Positions 46,505 to 55,634 of a stretch of 62,896 nucleotides of DNA are shown piece after piece. Source of the DNA: a virus (lineage: Duplodnaviria; Caudoviricetes). The stretch covers positions 1-62,896 of the IMG/VR virus record IMGVR_UViG_3300020732_000013; one strand, 5' to 3'. How positions within the stretch are numbered: the first letter of the stretch is position 1; each line of letters starts with the position of its first letter. Under the pieces are notes generated by a model. It was not told where the DNA came from, ran no database searches, and saw nothing but the letters and a program-made list of their open reading frames with translations. The position numbers and the translations under genes were made by a program.

Positions 46505-49222
46505 GTGGCAAACCCTGTCGGTATATTTGATCCGGAGTTATCGCAAACCGAATGGTTTGACGTTACAAACGTCATCCAAGGTTGGTTTGATGCGGATCTC
46601 GTGTATACCGGCGGGGTCGTTGTCCTACCCGCCGCGCTTCCGGATGATCCGTTCGATATATTCGATCAGGATCAAGCCTACGCGGCTAATGACGCAGACA
46701 CTACGGATCTGATTGTCTCTACGACATTAAATCCAACAATCCCGCAAGCACCCTACTTTATTGGCGATGATATTGTCGTTGCCGATTGGTGGGAGGACGC
46801 GGATGATCCGACGGTCATCGATGCGGAGTGGTCTGGTCCTGTAGTACCCAATGCCCCGCCTCCATTAGTCGAGGATATTTGGGATTGGGATGAACATGCA
46901 GATGAAGATTGGTATTTAGATCAAGAATTATCGTTCCTAGCATTTAAGCCCCCACCTATCGATGACTCGTGGGATTGGCATGAAGAAGTAGAAGATGATT
47001 GGAACGACGATCAGAATCCGACAAATTCTTTAGCCCCTTCGTTAACTCTCAATGATGAATGGGAGTGGTACGAAGAGATTGATGACGCTTGGGAAGCGTT
47101 CATTGATCCGAAAGAACAATGGTTACTGGACGGCCTCTATAAGGTTGAGACTTATCAACTATCCGCTACGAATACGGGCGGCTCTTTTACAGAGTATGTC
47201 GGATTCCGTTGCGTTGTCGCACAGATAACGACGTACGGTCCGGGCGGTGGCGGTGCCCTCAATAATGCGTTGTATGCGACAGGTGGCAGTGCAGGATCTA
47301 CTGTCACAGGATTCGTATTACTTTCAGGGTTAGGTACTGAGTCTTTCTCAGGTACGCTACCTCCGGGTGGCGCGGCTGCGACGCTTTACCCTAGTAACGG
47401 ACAAGACGGCGGTGCGGATACAAACACGCTGCTGACATATACCGATTCGTCCAGTGTAACGCATTCGCCCATCATGATTGGGCGATATGGGTTCGGTGGA
47501 CAGGCGGGTCCGACTGCTGCGCCTCCAACAGGGGCAGTGGCACTTCCAGCGGATGTCAATCTAACTGTTGTTGTTTCGCCCATTTACTACAACGGTGGCG
47601 CAGGACAACTGGGTGGATACAACACGGCAGTTCCTCCCGTGCCGCTGGGTGGTCGCGGCGGTTCTTCGATAGCAGAAGATTCTGCGGGTTCTCCAACTGA
47701 GAAGCCCGATCATAACTTCGCTGTACCTACGACCAATCTAGGTGACGCGGGTGGCCCCGGCGGTGGCGGCGCGGGTATTGTCGATCTAACGTCTGCGACG
47801 CTTCAAGCGGGTGTGGGCGGTGACGGCGCAGTCGTTATTGTTCTTTGGTACAACTTCCCTGCAAACCTCTTCGTCATTTACGAAGATGCGTGGAATTGGT
47901 TTGGCGATAACGATAATACCGAAGACAACTGGGAATATTACATCGACACCGAAGTTACTCTTACGAGTAACAGCGCTATTCCTAATTATCTTCTGTGTCT
48001 TGAAGACGCATGGGATTGGAACGGGGACAACGACACCGAGGACAACTGGGAATACTACATCGACACCGAAGTTACTCTTACGAGTAACAGTTATGTACCC
48101 AATAGGGCCTACATTATTGAGGATGCGTGGGACTGGAACGGAGACAACGACGATTCAGAAGATTTCTGGATGGAGGAAGAGGCTCCACCCATCCCGCCTA
48201 CAAGCCCGTATTTCATCGAAGATCCGTGGAATTGGGATGAGATCGATGAAGAAGATCTTTGGTGGATTGACGAACTTCCCGTCCCACCATTGCTCAATCT
48301 CATTGAAGATCCTTGGAACTGGGACGAGACCGACGAGGAGGACTTCTGGCAAGAGGAGCAGCAGCCTGTTGGTCCTAATGCCCCACCGTCTATAGAAGAC
48401 GTGTGGGATTGGTCGGGTGATTTGGATGATGCAGAAGACTTTTGGATGGAGGAGGAACAGCCCTCCGCCCCAGTACTCCTGCCTTATTTCATCGAAGATC
48501 CGTGGAATTGGGACGAGACGGATGAAGAAGACCTTTGGTGGGTTGATGAACCCGTTGGACCAAACTATATTTTCTTGATCGTCGAAGACGCATGGAACTG
48601 GAATGAGTCTGAGGAAGAAGACTTCTGGCAGGAAGAGCAGCAGCCTGTCGGCTTAAACGGACCTATTCTTATTGAGGATGCATGGGACTGGAACGGTGAC
48701 GGAGATGATGCGGAAGACTTCTGGATGGAGGAGTCGAACCCCACCATACCTGATTATGTCCCCGCCGCGCCTTTGGGATCCCCTGATGATTGGTATTGGG
48801 ACGAGGAAGTCGTTGAGGACGATTGGTATTGGAGCGATTCGGACCGTTCGGTTTACCCCGTTACCAAGTTCCAAGTCGATACGTTAAGCGTCAACCCTCC
48901 GGCGCAGACAACGACCGTCGCGTCTATCGGGACGGTCACCATCGCAATCGTCAGCAATATCGGAATTGTTGTCACCGGCCTTACCGCATATGCTAGAATA
49001 AGTCAAGTCAATATCTGGGGTGACATTGACGATAACCAGAATCCAAATTGGGTACCGGTTGACGAAAGTAGCCCTACGCCTCCGACGTGGACTCCTGTCA
49101 GTGAAACTTCTTCTGACCCAGTGTGGACACCGGTTAATGAGACAAGTACAACTCCTGTTACGTGGACGCCGATAGATAATTCGTCGCTCGTATCCCCCAA
49201 CTGGAAACCCGTTAAGGAATAG
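46505..49222 (+). CDS. 905-aa acidic Trp-rich repeat protein with an internal Gly-rich domain
   Basis: AAGGA RBS and GTG start; ~13 (I/V/L)EDxW(D/N)W...EDxW repeats; C-terminal WGDIDDNQNPNW and WTPV repeats. Confidence 0.75.
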   Translation: MANPVGIFDPELSQTEWFDVTNVIQGWFDADLVYTGGVVVLPAALPDDPFDIFDQDQAYAANDADTTDLIVSTTLNPTIPQAPYFIGDDIVVADWWEDADDPTVIDAEWSGPVVPNAPPPLVEDIWDWDEHADEDWYLDQELSFLAFKPPPIDDSWDWHEEVEDDWNDDQNPTNSLAPSLTLNDEWEWYEEIDDAWEAFIDPKEQWLLDGLYKVETYQLSATNTGGSFTEYVGFRCVVAQITTYGPGGGGALNNALYATGGSAGSTVTGFVLLSGLGTESFSGTLPPGGAAATLYPSNGQDGGADTNTLLTYTDSSSVTHSPIMIGRYGFGGQAGPTAAPPTGAVALPADVNLTVVVSPIYYNGGAGQLGGYNTAVPPVPLGGRGGSSIAEDSAGSPTEKPDHNFAVPTTNLGDAGGPGGGGAGIVDLTSATLQAGVGGDGAVVIVLWYNFPANLFVIYEDAWNWFGDNDNTEDNWEYYIDTEVTLTSNSAIPNYLLCLEDAWDWNGDNDTEDNWEYYIDTEVTLTSNSYVPNRAYIIEDAWDWNGDNDDSEDFWMEEEAPPIPPTSPYFIEDPWNWDEIDEEDLWWIDELPVPPLLNLIEDPWNWDETDEEDFWQEEQQPVGPNAPPSIEDVWDWSGDLDDAEDFWMEEEQPSAPVLLPYFIEDPWNWDETDEEDLWWVDEPVGPNYIFLIVEDAWNWNESEEEDFWQEEQQPVGLNGPILIEDAWDWNGDGDDAEDFWMEESNPTIPDYVPAAPLGSPDDWYWDEEVVEDDWYWSDSDRSVYPVTKFQVDTLSVNPPAQTTTVASIGTVTIAIVSNIGIVVTGLTAYARISQVNIWGDIDDNQNPNWVPVDESSPTPPTWTPVSETSSDPVWTPVNETSTTPVTWTPIDNSSLVSPNWKPVKE
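47882..48835 (+). repeat. Coding repeat array with higher-order ABC-ABC-A structure
   Basis: 35-bp exact duplicate at 47939-47973 and 48056-48090; TATTTCATCGAAGATCCGTGGAATTGGGA recurs near 48209 and 48485. Confidence 0.85.
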
Positions 49223-49224
49223 CC

Positions 49225-50694
49225 ATGTCTAGTACGTATACCTCTAACCTTGCGATCCAGTTGATGGGTACGGGCGATCAGTCCGGCGCATGGGGTGCGA
49301 CAACCAATTCCAACTTGCAGTACCTAGAAGAAGGCATTACGGGATACCTGAGTTACGCGGTCACGGCATCCAATGCGGTTACTTTGCAGTTGGGACAGGC
49401 GAGCGACCCGTCGCCCTCCGCTCGAAATATGATCGTCAATTTGACCAACGGTGGGGCTTCTACAGCCGTCACCATGACGGTTCCCGGTACGGCGTCCAAG
49501 TTGTACTTCATTTGGAACCAGACGGGGCAACAGGTCACGGTGCAAGGTTCGACGCCTACGTCAAACACTGTGGTTCTTCCTAGCGGTGCGCAGACGGTCG
49601 TGTTCTGCGACGGCGCAAACAATATCTATCCGGCGTTGGGTGCGTTGAGTCTTACGAGCCTTACCGTCTCTACGTTAACGGCGAGTACGTCGATATCCGG
49701 CGGTACGGTATCCGGTACGACAATCACAGCATCAACGCAGTTCTCCGGCCCCGGTACGGGACTGACGGGCACGGCTTCAGGTCTATCGATTGGCGGAAAC
49801 GCTGCCACGGCAACTACTGCTACGACAGCGACTTCAGCGACCACGGCGACCACGGCGACCAACGTTTCGGGCGGTACGGCGACGCTGACGGGCACGAGTA
49901 CGACCAACACGTACAACATCGGCTATCTTGAAGTCCCGCAGAACGCCAACCCGACGCTGACCACTGATACGTATGCGACTGTGGCTTCAGACAGTGGCAA
50001 ACACATTTACTACTCGGGCAGTTCGACGTTCAGTTCGACAAGCGGCGCGTCAACGGCATCTACGGTGTCTATCACGTCTGTAGCGTCTAGCGGTGGTGGT
50101 ACCCGAACGCAGTTTAACTTCACGACCCCCGGCTTCACGTTTGCTACGGGCGCGGTCGTTACGCTTACAAGTATGACTAATACAGCCTATAACGGCACGT
50201 ATACGGTCTTTAGTGCAACGTCCACTTCAGTTGTTCTTACGGTAGCGTACCAAGGATCGACGTCTGTAACAGGTACGTTGAACTACTGCCTCATAACGAT
50301 TGGCGGCACGGTGACGGGTACGCTGTATCAGTACCAAGGGCTATCGGGTACGGGGTACTCTAACGGTACGTACATTTCTGCGAGACAGAGCGGTACAGGC
50401 GGCGCGGGTACGTATCATATTTACCCGCTTCAGACGGTTACTACTACGACTGTTCTTGGTGGTCCCATCATTTCGGTGACTACCGGTATCTACAATACAG
50501 GTACGGTACTGACCATTGTTAATGACGGTAGTACAGCGGCTCCTTTGTCTATCTATTCAACCGACACGGTTTTTGGTGCGGGTACTGGTTACGTCAACAC
50601 TAGCGGTGTTCACGTACTTTCCCAATACGGTCAAGTCACCCTGCTGAAAGTCGGCTCGACTCGTTGGCAACTTAGCGGCGCGGGTGTCGTCTAA
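49225..50694 (+). CDS. Tail fibre/spike-like protein
   Basis: MSSTY..L.I.LMGTGDQSGAWG N-terminus; GNAATAT repeats; IGYLEVPQN; C-terminal WQLSGAGV. Confidence 0.7.
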   Translation: MSSTYTSNLAIQLMGTGDQSGAWGATTNSNLQYLEEGITGYLSYAVTASNAVTLQLGQASDPSPSARNMIVNLTNGGASTAVTMTVPGTASKLYFIWNQTGQQVTVQGSTPTSNTVVLPSGAQTVVFCDGANNIYPALGALSLTSLTVSTLTASTSISGGTVSGTTITASTQFSGPGTGLTGTASGLSIGGNAATATTATTATSATTATTATNVSGGTATLTGTSTTNTYNIGYLEVPQNANPTLTTDTYATVASDSGKHIYYSGSSTFSSTSGASTASTVSITSVASSGGGTRTQFNFTTPGFTFATGAVVTLTSMTNTAYNGTYTVFSATSTSVVLTVAYQGSTSVTGTLNYCLITIGGTVTGTLYQYQGLSGTGYSNGTYISARQSGTGGAGTYHIYPLQTVTTTTVLGGPIISVTTGIYNTGTVLTIVNDGSTAAPLSIYSTDTVFGAGTGYVNTSGVHVLSQYGQVTLLKVGSTRWQLSGAGVV

Positions 50695-51185
50695 TGGGCG
50701 GTGTACTCAACGTGTTGTTGACGCATGGTGGTTCCGCCAGTGGTGGCGTCACTTACAATTCCAGTTTCAGTGTCAATTCGGGGACCGCAGGTAGTACCTC
50801 TGCAACGGGGCATTCGTTTACGTACTATGGGTGGTGTCCTGATTACAATACAGGCAATTCAAACTACTTGCCTGATCCATTCGGGATGGGTTCGCTTTCA
50901 TCAGGTAGTCCTACAGGCGTTAATGGGCTTTCGGTAATCGGCGTCTATGAAGCCTCTCTGCCTGATTTGCTTACCGTGGATCGTGTCGTTGTTTTGTTTG
51001 CAGGTAACGTAACGCCAACTGTAAATAGCGTCACTATTGCCGGTACGAATAGACCATTCAATACGTTAGCCACCGTCATCAACCATACGCCTTCGGGCGA
51101 CACGGCTTGGGTGGGAACGTTGGCGACTACAGGCGTTGCAACGCTGTTCGGATCGTCGGGCGTTAAAACCGTCGTACTTACTTGA
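50694..51185 (+). CDS. Putative fibre-tip/adhesin protein
   Basis: TAATG coupling to the fibre gene; short MGGVLNVLL leader. Confidence 0.55.
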   Translation: MGGVLNVLLTHGGSASGGVTYNSSFSVNSGTAGSTSATGHSFTYYGWCPDYNTGNSNYLPDPFGMGSLSSGSPTGVNGLSVIGVYEASLPDLLTVDRVVVLFAGNVTPTVNSVTIAGTNRPFNTLATVINHTPSGDTAWVGTLATTGVATLFGSSGVKTVVLT

Positions 51186-51194
51186 GGAACTCAT

Positions 51195-51545
51195 ATGGCA
51201 ATTCTCGACTACATCAAGAACGCTCCTAAGTTCTTCGAACTCTTCAAAGAGGGTAAAGAAGTTGCGGATCCTACAACGTGGAAAAATCGCACAATTGCGA
51301 CCAATGCAATTCTTGCGCTCCTCGGCACGGCTCTGGCTCTTACCAAGGCTTTCGGTTTCAAACTGGAGTTAGACAGTGACACGCTTCAAGGTCTGGCTGC
51401 GGGTACCGTTGCTGTTGTTACTGCTATCAATGCCGTCATGCACACAATTACGTCAGCAAGGGTTGGCGTGTCATCCAACGGCGGGAGTAGTACCCCCGAA
51501 GGACCGACAGCCGACACTGGCGAATCTCCAGCAAGCGGAGTTTGA
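51195..51545 (+). CDS. Putative holin (two TM segments)
   Basis: TWKNRT followed by two hydrophobic helices; upstream of the endolysin. Confidence 0.6.
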   Translation: MAILDYIKNAPKFFELFKEGKEVADPTTWKNRTIATNAILALLGTALALTKAFGFKLELDSDTLQGLAAGTVAVVTAINAVMHTITSARVGVSSNGGSSTPEGPTADTGESPASGV

Positions 51546-51576
51546 TTTAGGTTTTACTTGTACGTTAGAGGAGTAG
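51376..51576 (+). CDS. Overprinted putative lipoprotein (o-spanin/Rz1-like candidate)
   Basis: GGAG at 51365-51368 and GTG at 51376; MTRFKVWLRVPLLLLLLSMPSC signal-like peptide; stop lies 3 nt before the next ATG. Confidence 0.45.
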   Translation: MTRFKVWLRVPLLLLLLSMPSCTQLRQQGLACHPTAGVVPPKDRQPTLANLQQAEFDLGFTCTLEE

Positions 51577-51579
51577 GAA

Positions 51580-51930
51580 ATGTCATTTTTTACGACGATT
51601 GAGAATGATCTGAGCGCGGTGAAGAAGTGGTTTGAAGGCAATCCGATTGTCCAGACCATTGAGGCGGACTTTCATGCCGCTGCCGCTGAACTGGCGAAGA
51701 TCACCGCTGCGGATCTTGAGAATGCGGTGAAGGTTGTGGGCTTGCGTATCCTGTCGGCGTACGCGACGGGCAATGCGTCGGCGGCTATCGAAGCCGGTAT
51801 CGCTGTGGCGATTACGGAGTTCAAGGCAATCGGCGCTGATATCTCGGCTAAGTCCGTGCGCACTCTGGTCACGACGATTGTGAATCAGGTTGAGGCAGCA
51901 ACGACTCCGGCTCCGGTGGTAGCGCCGTAA
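51580..51930 (+). CDS. Amphipathic Ala-rich lysis-cassette protein
   Basis: AGGAG RBS; coupled to the endolysin. Confidence 0.6.
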   Translation: MSFFTTIENDLSAVKKWFEGNPIVQTIEADFHAAAAELAKITAADLENAVKVVGLRILSAYATGNASAAIEAGIAVAITEFKAIGADISAKSVRTLVTTIVNQVEAATTPAPVVAP

Positions 51931-52373
51931 TGATGCACCGTATGAACGTCAGCCCGAACTGCGCTGCCATCACCAAGCAGTTTGAGGGTTGTCAATTGGA
52001 AGCCTACCAAGACCCCATTGGTAAGTGGACGGTTGGCTATGGTCATACTGGCCCTGACGTTTATAAGGGACTGACTATTACTCAAGACCGCGCGGATCAC
52101 CTGCTGATGTTGGATCTTCTGCTCGCGCAGAACACCGTCAACAATCTGGTTGAACCTCAGATCAACCAGAATCAGTTCGATGCGCTGTGTGATTTTGTAT
52201 TCAATTGCGGCACGGGAAACTTCCAGTCCTCGACCCTGTTGAAACTCATCAATGCAAACGATCTCGCCGACGCCGCAAAAGAATTTGTGAAGTGGGACAA
52301 AGCGGCGGGTAAACCGCTTCCCGGTTTGCTTAAACGGCGACAGGCGGAAGCCGCGCTTTTCGTTAGGGTGTAA
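51930..52373 (+). CDS. Endolysin, GH24 lysozyme
   Basis: FEG..LEAYQD..GKWTVGYGHT catalytic E-D-T; QNQFDAL.DFVFNCG; GL.KRR.AE. Confidence 0.95.
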   Translation: MMHRMNVSPNCAAITKQFEGCQLEAYQDPIGKWTVGYGHTGPDVYKGLTITQDRADHLLMLDLLLAQNTVNNLVEPQINQNQFDALCDFVFNCGTGNFQSSTLLKLINANDLADAAKEFVKWDKAAGKPLPGLLKRRQAEAALFVRV

Positions 52374-52375
52374 CC

Positions 52376-55099
52376 ATGCCTCTGATCACACTCAAGTTCG
52401 TCCCCGGCATCAATAAGGAAGTTACTAACTATTCCGCAAAAGGGGGCTGGGTTGCGTGTGATCACATTCGTTTCCGCGTGGGACATCCGGAAAAGATCGG
52501 CGGATACGTCAATTGGAGTACAGCGCTCGGATCTTCGTCTACATTCAATGGCGTAGCCCGAACGCTGTTTCCTTGGGTGACCTATGACGTGCAGACGCTC
52601 GTCGCGATGGGTACGAATCAGAAGTACTACATCATCAATACGGCGAACGGCATATTTAACGACATCACACCGATTGCCAGTACGCAAGCGGGGCTTTCCA
52701 ATCCTTTCACGACAACGACGGGAAGTTCGCTTGTTACTGTTACTGACGCGAATCATGGAGCGACTGCGGGTACGTTTGTAACGCTCGCTGGCTCTCCCAC
52801 AACAGGATCTGGTGTTAATGGACTCACGAATTTAGTCGGTTCATTTGAGATCCTGACCATCATTGACGCCAACACGTACACCATTTCAGCGTATCCGCAA
52901 GTCGCTACATCGACCGGAGGTACGTCGGGTATTACGGGAATTTCCGCTACCTATCAAATTGATGCGGGTAATGCTGTCGAAACAACGGCCCTATCCGGAT
53001 GGGGTTTTGGACCGTGGGGCGGATATGCGGATGCCTCGTTTAATGGATATATATCCGACGGTACCGGGGTCAATCCTGATAATACGCTGACGGTCGTGGG
53101 ATCCGTTACGGGTTCCATTGGTCAAGGAATGAACATCGGTGGGATCGGTGTCGCAACCGGTACCGTTATCACAGGTGGCTCGGGACCGTATCAGGTCAGT
53201 ATCACTCAGTTGACACCGGGATCCCCGACGCCAATCCCCATGACTGCGGGTACGACGGGATGGGGTATCGGCGCGCCCTCCGCGACGGGCGTTCAATTGT
53301 TACCGACCATGTGGTCTCAGACCAACACAGGACAGGATCTTGTGTTCGCGCGGTCGTACGACCAACCCTATTATTGGGTGAAAAATACATCGGCTTATTC
53401 TGCGGGCATTACGCTCGCTGCGATGTCAGGTACGCAGAATAAGATCACCAAAACGTTGACCGTCGCTGCAACAACGGGGGCAAGTTCGATCACGGTAACC
53501 GACACACTCCTGATTGATACTGGCGCGATTGTGTCCGGTCCGGGTATTGCGGCGGGAACTTACGTGATGCCGTCTTGGAATGGCAGCAATACGATTCCAT
53601 TGTCAAAAGTGACAACAGCGAACATTGCGGCTAACAGTACTCCAATCAATTTTTCGTATTCACAGTATTCGGTGCCCAATGAAGTTGGCATGGTGTTTTC
53701 TGACCCTAATGGGTTCATCATCTTTGTCGGCGCGAATCCATACAACCCGACCAACTTCAATACGATCTATGACCCCATGTTGGTGCGGTGGTCCGATCAG
53801 AACAACCCATACGATTACGTCCCCACGACGTTCAATCAGGCGGGATCGAATCATCTTCAAAGTGGTTCGTATCTGGTTACGGGCAAATCGACTCGTCAGG
53901 AAAACCTGATCTGGTCGAACTCGGCGCTGTACTCTATGCAGTACGTCGGTCCGCCGTACGTCTACAGTTTCACGCTGCTTGCTGACAACATATCGATCAT
54001 CTCGCAGAATGCGGCGATCACGGTCAACAACATTACGTACTGGATGGGCGTAGACAAGTTCTACGTCTACAACGGTCAAGTTCAGCCATTGCCCTGCACC
54101 CTGCGTAACTTCGTCTTCAAGTACCTCAATACTGCGCAATCTTCGCAAGTCGTGTGCGGTATCAACATCGCTTACAACGAAGTATGGTGGCATTACCCGT
54201 CAGCAGCGAGTCTCGTCAACGATACGTACGTTGTTTACAACTACTTGGAAAACTCGTGGTACTACGGATCGATGAATCGTTCCGCATGGCTCGGTTCTGA
54301 ATTGATCCAGTCCTACCCACAGCAGACAGTTGCTGCGGGCACTACTCCGCTTGCAGTGATCAGCGCACAGACCTCGTATCTGAGCGCAGCGATAGGTTCT
54401 ACGAATGTAACTATCCCCGTCGTTAATGGATTCAGTTATCCCTATACCGGCGTAGTTGTTATCGACAGTGAACAGATCTCGTATACAAACGCCAACGATG
54501 GACTGACGTTACTTGTGCAGTCGCGTGGCTATAACAGCACGACCCCTGCGGCACATAGTCAGTACGCTCCGGTTACGCTGTTGGGCGGCAATCAGATCGC
54601 ACAGCATGAAGTCGGACTGGATGATTACACGTCGGGATCGCAGGTTGCGATCTACGCGTATATTTTGTCTGCCGACATCGACATCAGTGATGGTAATCGT
54701 TATCTGATGATCTGGCGCATCATTCCGGATCTGACGTTTACGTTCCAGTCTCCGGCAACGACGAGCAGCGTCACGATGACCGTGAACCCCCGTGCAAACC
54801 CCGGTTCGGCATACCTGACAGGTACGCTTCAGAACAATACGTTGACCATGACGGGGGCTAATAACGGAGCCAACGATCCGTGGGGGGATTACGCGACAGG
54901 AACCAATGCACCTGTCAGTAGACTGACGCAGCCCGCCCCGCGAGGACTGTATAACTATCCAGTTGAGCAATTTACTGGACAAGTCTACACGCGCGTTCGG
55001 GGCCGTCAGTTTTCGTTCCAGTTGCAGTCTACGGGTACGAATATGACGTGGCAGATGGGCGATATGCGCATCGACTACCGTCCGGATGGAGCGCGCTAA
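52376..55099 (+). CDS. Tail nozzle/DNA-stabilisation protein (P22 gp10/T7 gp12-like) with inserted beta-modules
   Basis: IRFR.G.PEKIGG, VRWSDQ, YWMG.DKFYVYNG, NEVWWHYPS and C-terminal RVRGRQ..D.RPDG. Confidence 0.75.
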   Translation: MPLITLKFVPGINKEVTNYSAKGGWVACDHIRFRVGHPEKIGGYVNWSTALGSSSTFNGVARTLFPWVTYDVQTLVAMGTNQKYYIINTANGIFNDITPIASTQAGLSNPFTTTTGSSLVTVTDANHGATAGTFVTLAGSPTTGSGVNGLTNLVGSFEILTIIDANTYTISAYPQVATSTGGTSGITGISATYQIDAGNAVETTALSGWGFGPWGGYADASFNGYISDGTGVNPDNTLTVVGSVTGSIGQGMNIGGIGVATGTVITGGSGPYQVSITQLTPGSPTPIPMTAGTTGWGIGAPSATGVQLLPTMWSQTNTGQDLVFARSYDQPYYWVKNTSAYSAGITLAAMSGTQNKITKTLTVAATTGASSITVTDTLLIDTGAIVSGPGIAAGTYVMPSWNGSNTIPLSKVTTANIAANSTPINFSYSQYSVPNEVGMVFSDPNGFIIFVGANPYNPTNFNTIYDPMLVRWSDQNNPYDYVPTTFNQAGSNHLQSGSYLVTGKSTRQENLIWSNSALYSMQYVGPPYVYSFTLLADNISIISQNAAITVNNITYWMGVDKFYVYNGQVQPLPCTLRNFVFKYLNTAQSSQVVCGINIAYNEVWWHYPSAASLVNDTYVVYNYLENSWYYGSMNRSAWLGSELIQSYPQQTVAAGTTPLAVISAQTSYLSAAIGSTNVTIPVVNGFSYPYTGVVVIDSEQISYTNANDGLTLLVQSRGYNSTTPAAHSQYAPVTLLGGNQIAQHEVGLDDYTSGSQVAIYAYILSADIDISDGNRYLMIWRIIPDLTFTFQSPATTSSVTMTVNPRANPGSAYLTGTLQNNTLTMTGANNGANDPWGDYATGTNAPVSRLTQPAPRGLYNYPVEQFTGQVYTRVRGRQFSFQLQSTGTNMTWQMGDMRIDYRPDGAR

Positions 55100-55296
55100 T
55101 GGCAAACAGTACTCGCGCGATTATTCCGCCCAAAGCCCCCAATCTGACCAATGCGCCGACGGATTATGATGCAGCGCACCAAACTCAAATCGGGAGTCAG
55201 TTGCGTACTTACTTCCAACAGTCGGACGTGAACAATCAACAGACCACAACGACGTTGAATAGCGCCGTCACGCTCATGTGGTTGGGAGGTCTGTAA
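55099..55296 (+). CDS. Small tail-associated protein
   Basis: APNL..AP.DY..LRTYF; TAATG coupling on both sides. Confidence 0.6.
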   Translation: MANSTRAIIPPKAPNLTNAPTDYDAAHQTQIGSQLRTYFQQSDVNNQQTTTTLNSAVTLMWLGGL

Positions 55297-55634
55297 TGGC
55301 GTATCAGAATATTACCGGGACGAAACTGGCGCAGTTCTCGACCGCCACCGCCCTGACGGCAACCGTTTTCACCTGCCCTGCCAACAACCGAGCCTATGTC
55401 AAAGACATCGACGTCTGTAATACCACCGGATCTGCCATCACTGCCTCTCTCTATTTGGTTCCAAACGGAGCGACGGCGGGTACGACCAATTCTTTGTTCT
55501 ATAATGTTCCTATCCCAGCCTACAGCGTCTTCCAATGGACGGGGTCCCAGATCATCAATCCGGGTGACTTCATACAGGCTCAGGCTAGTATCTCGGGCGT
55601 AGTCTTTAACATCACCGGAGGGTTGGCGATATGA
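55296..55634 (+). CDS. Small beta-sandwich structural protein
   Basis: FTCPA, KDIDVCNT and INPGDFIQ. Confidence 0.65.
   Translation: MAYQNITGTKLAQFSTATALTATVFTCPANNRAYVKDIDVCNTTGSAITASLYLVPNGATAGTTNSLFYNVPIPAYSVFQWTGSQIINPGDFIQAQASISGVVFNITGGLAI

Noticed and set aside
47882-48100. 117-bp duplication as a DGR template/variable repeat pair
   Set aside because: No reverse transcriptase in the window; both copies are in-frame and the differences are not adenine-specific.
47882-48835. WNW/WDW motifs as darobactin- or triceptide-like RiPP cores
   Set aside because: No SPASM radical SAM enzyme, leader peptide, protease or transporter nearby; the motifs lie inside a large structural-module protein.
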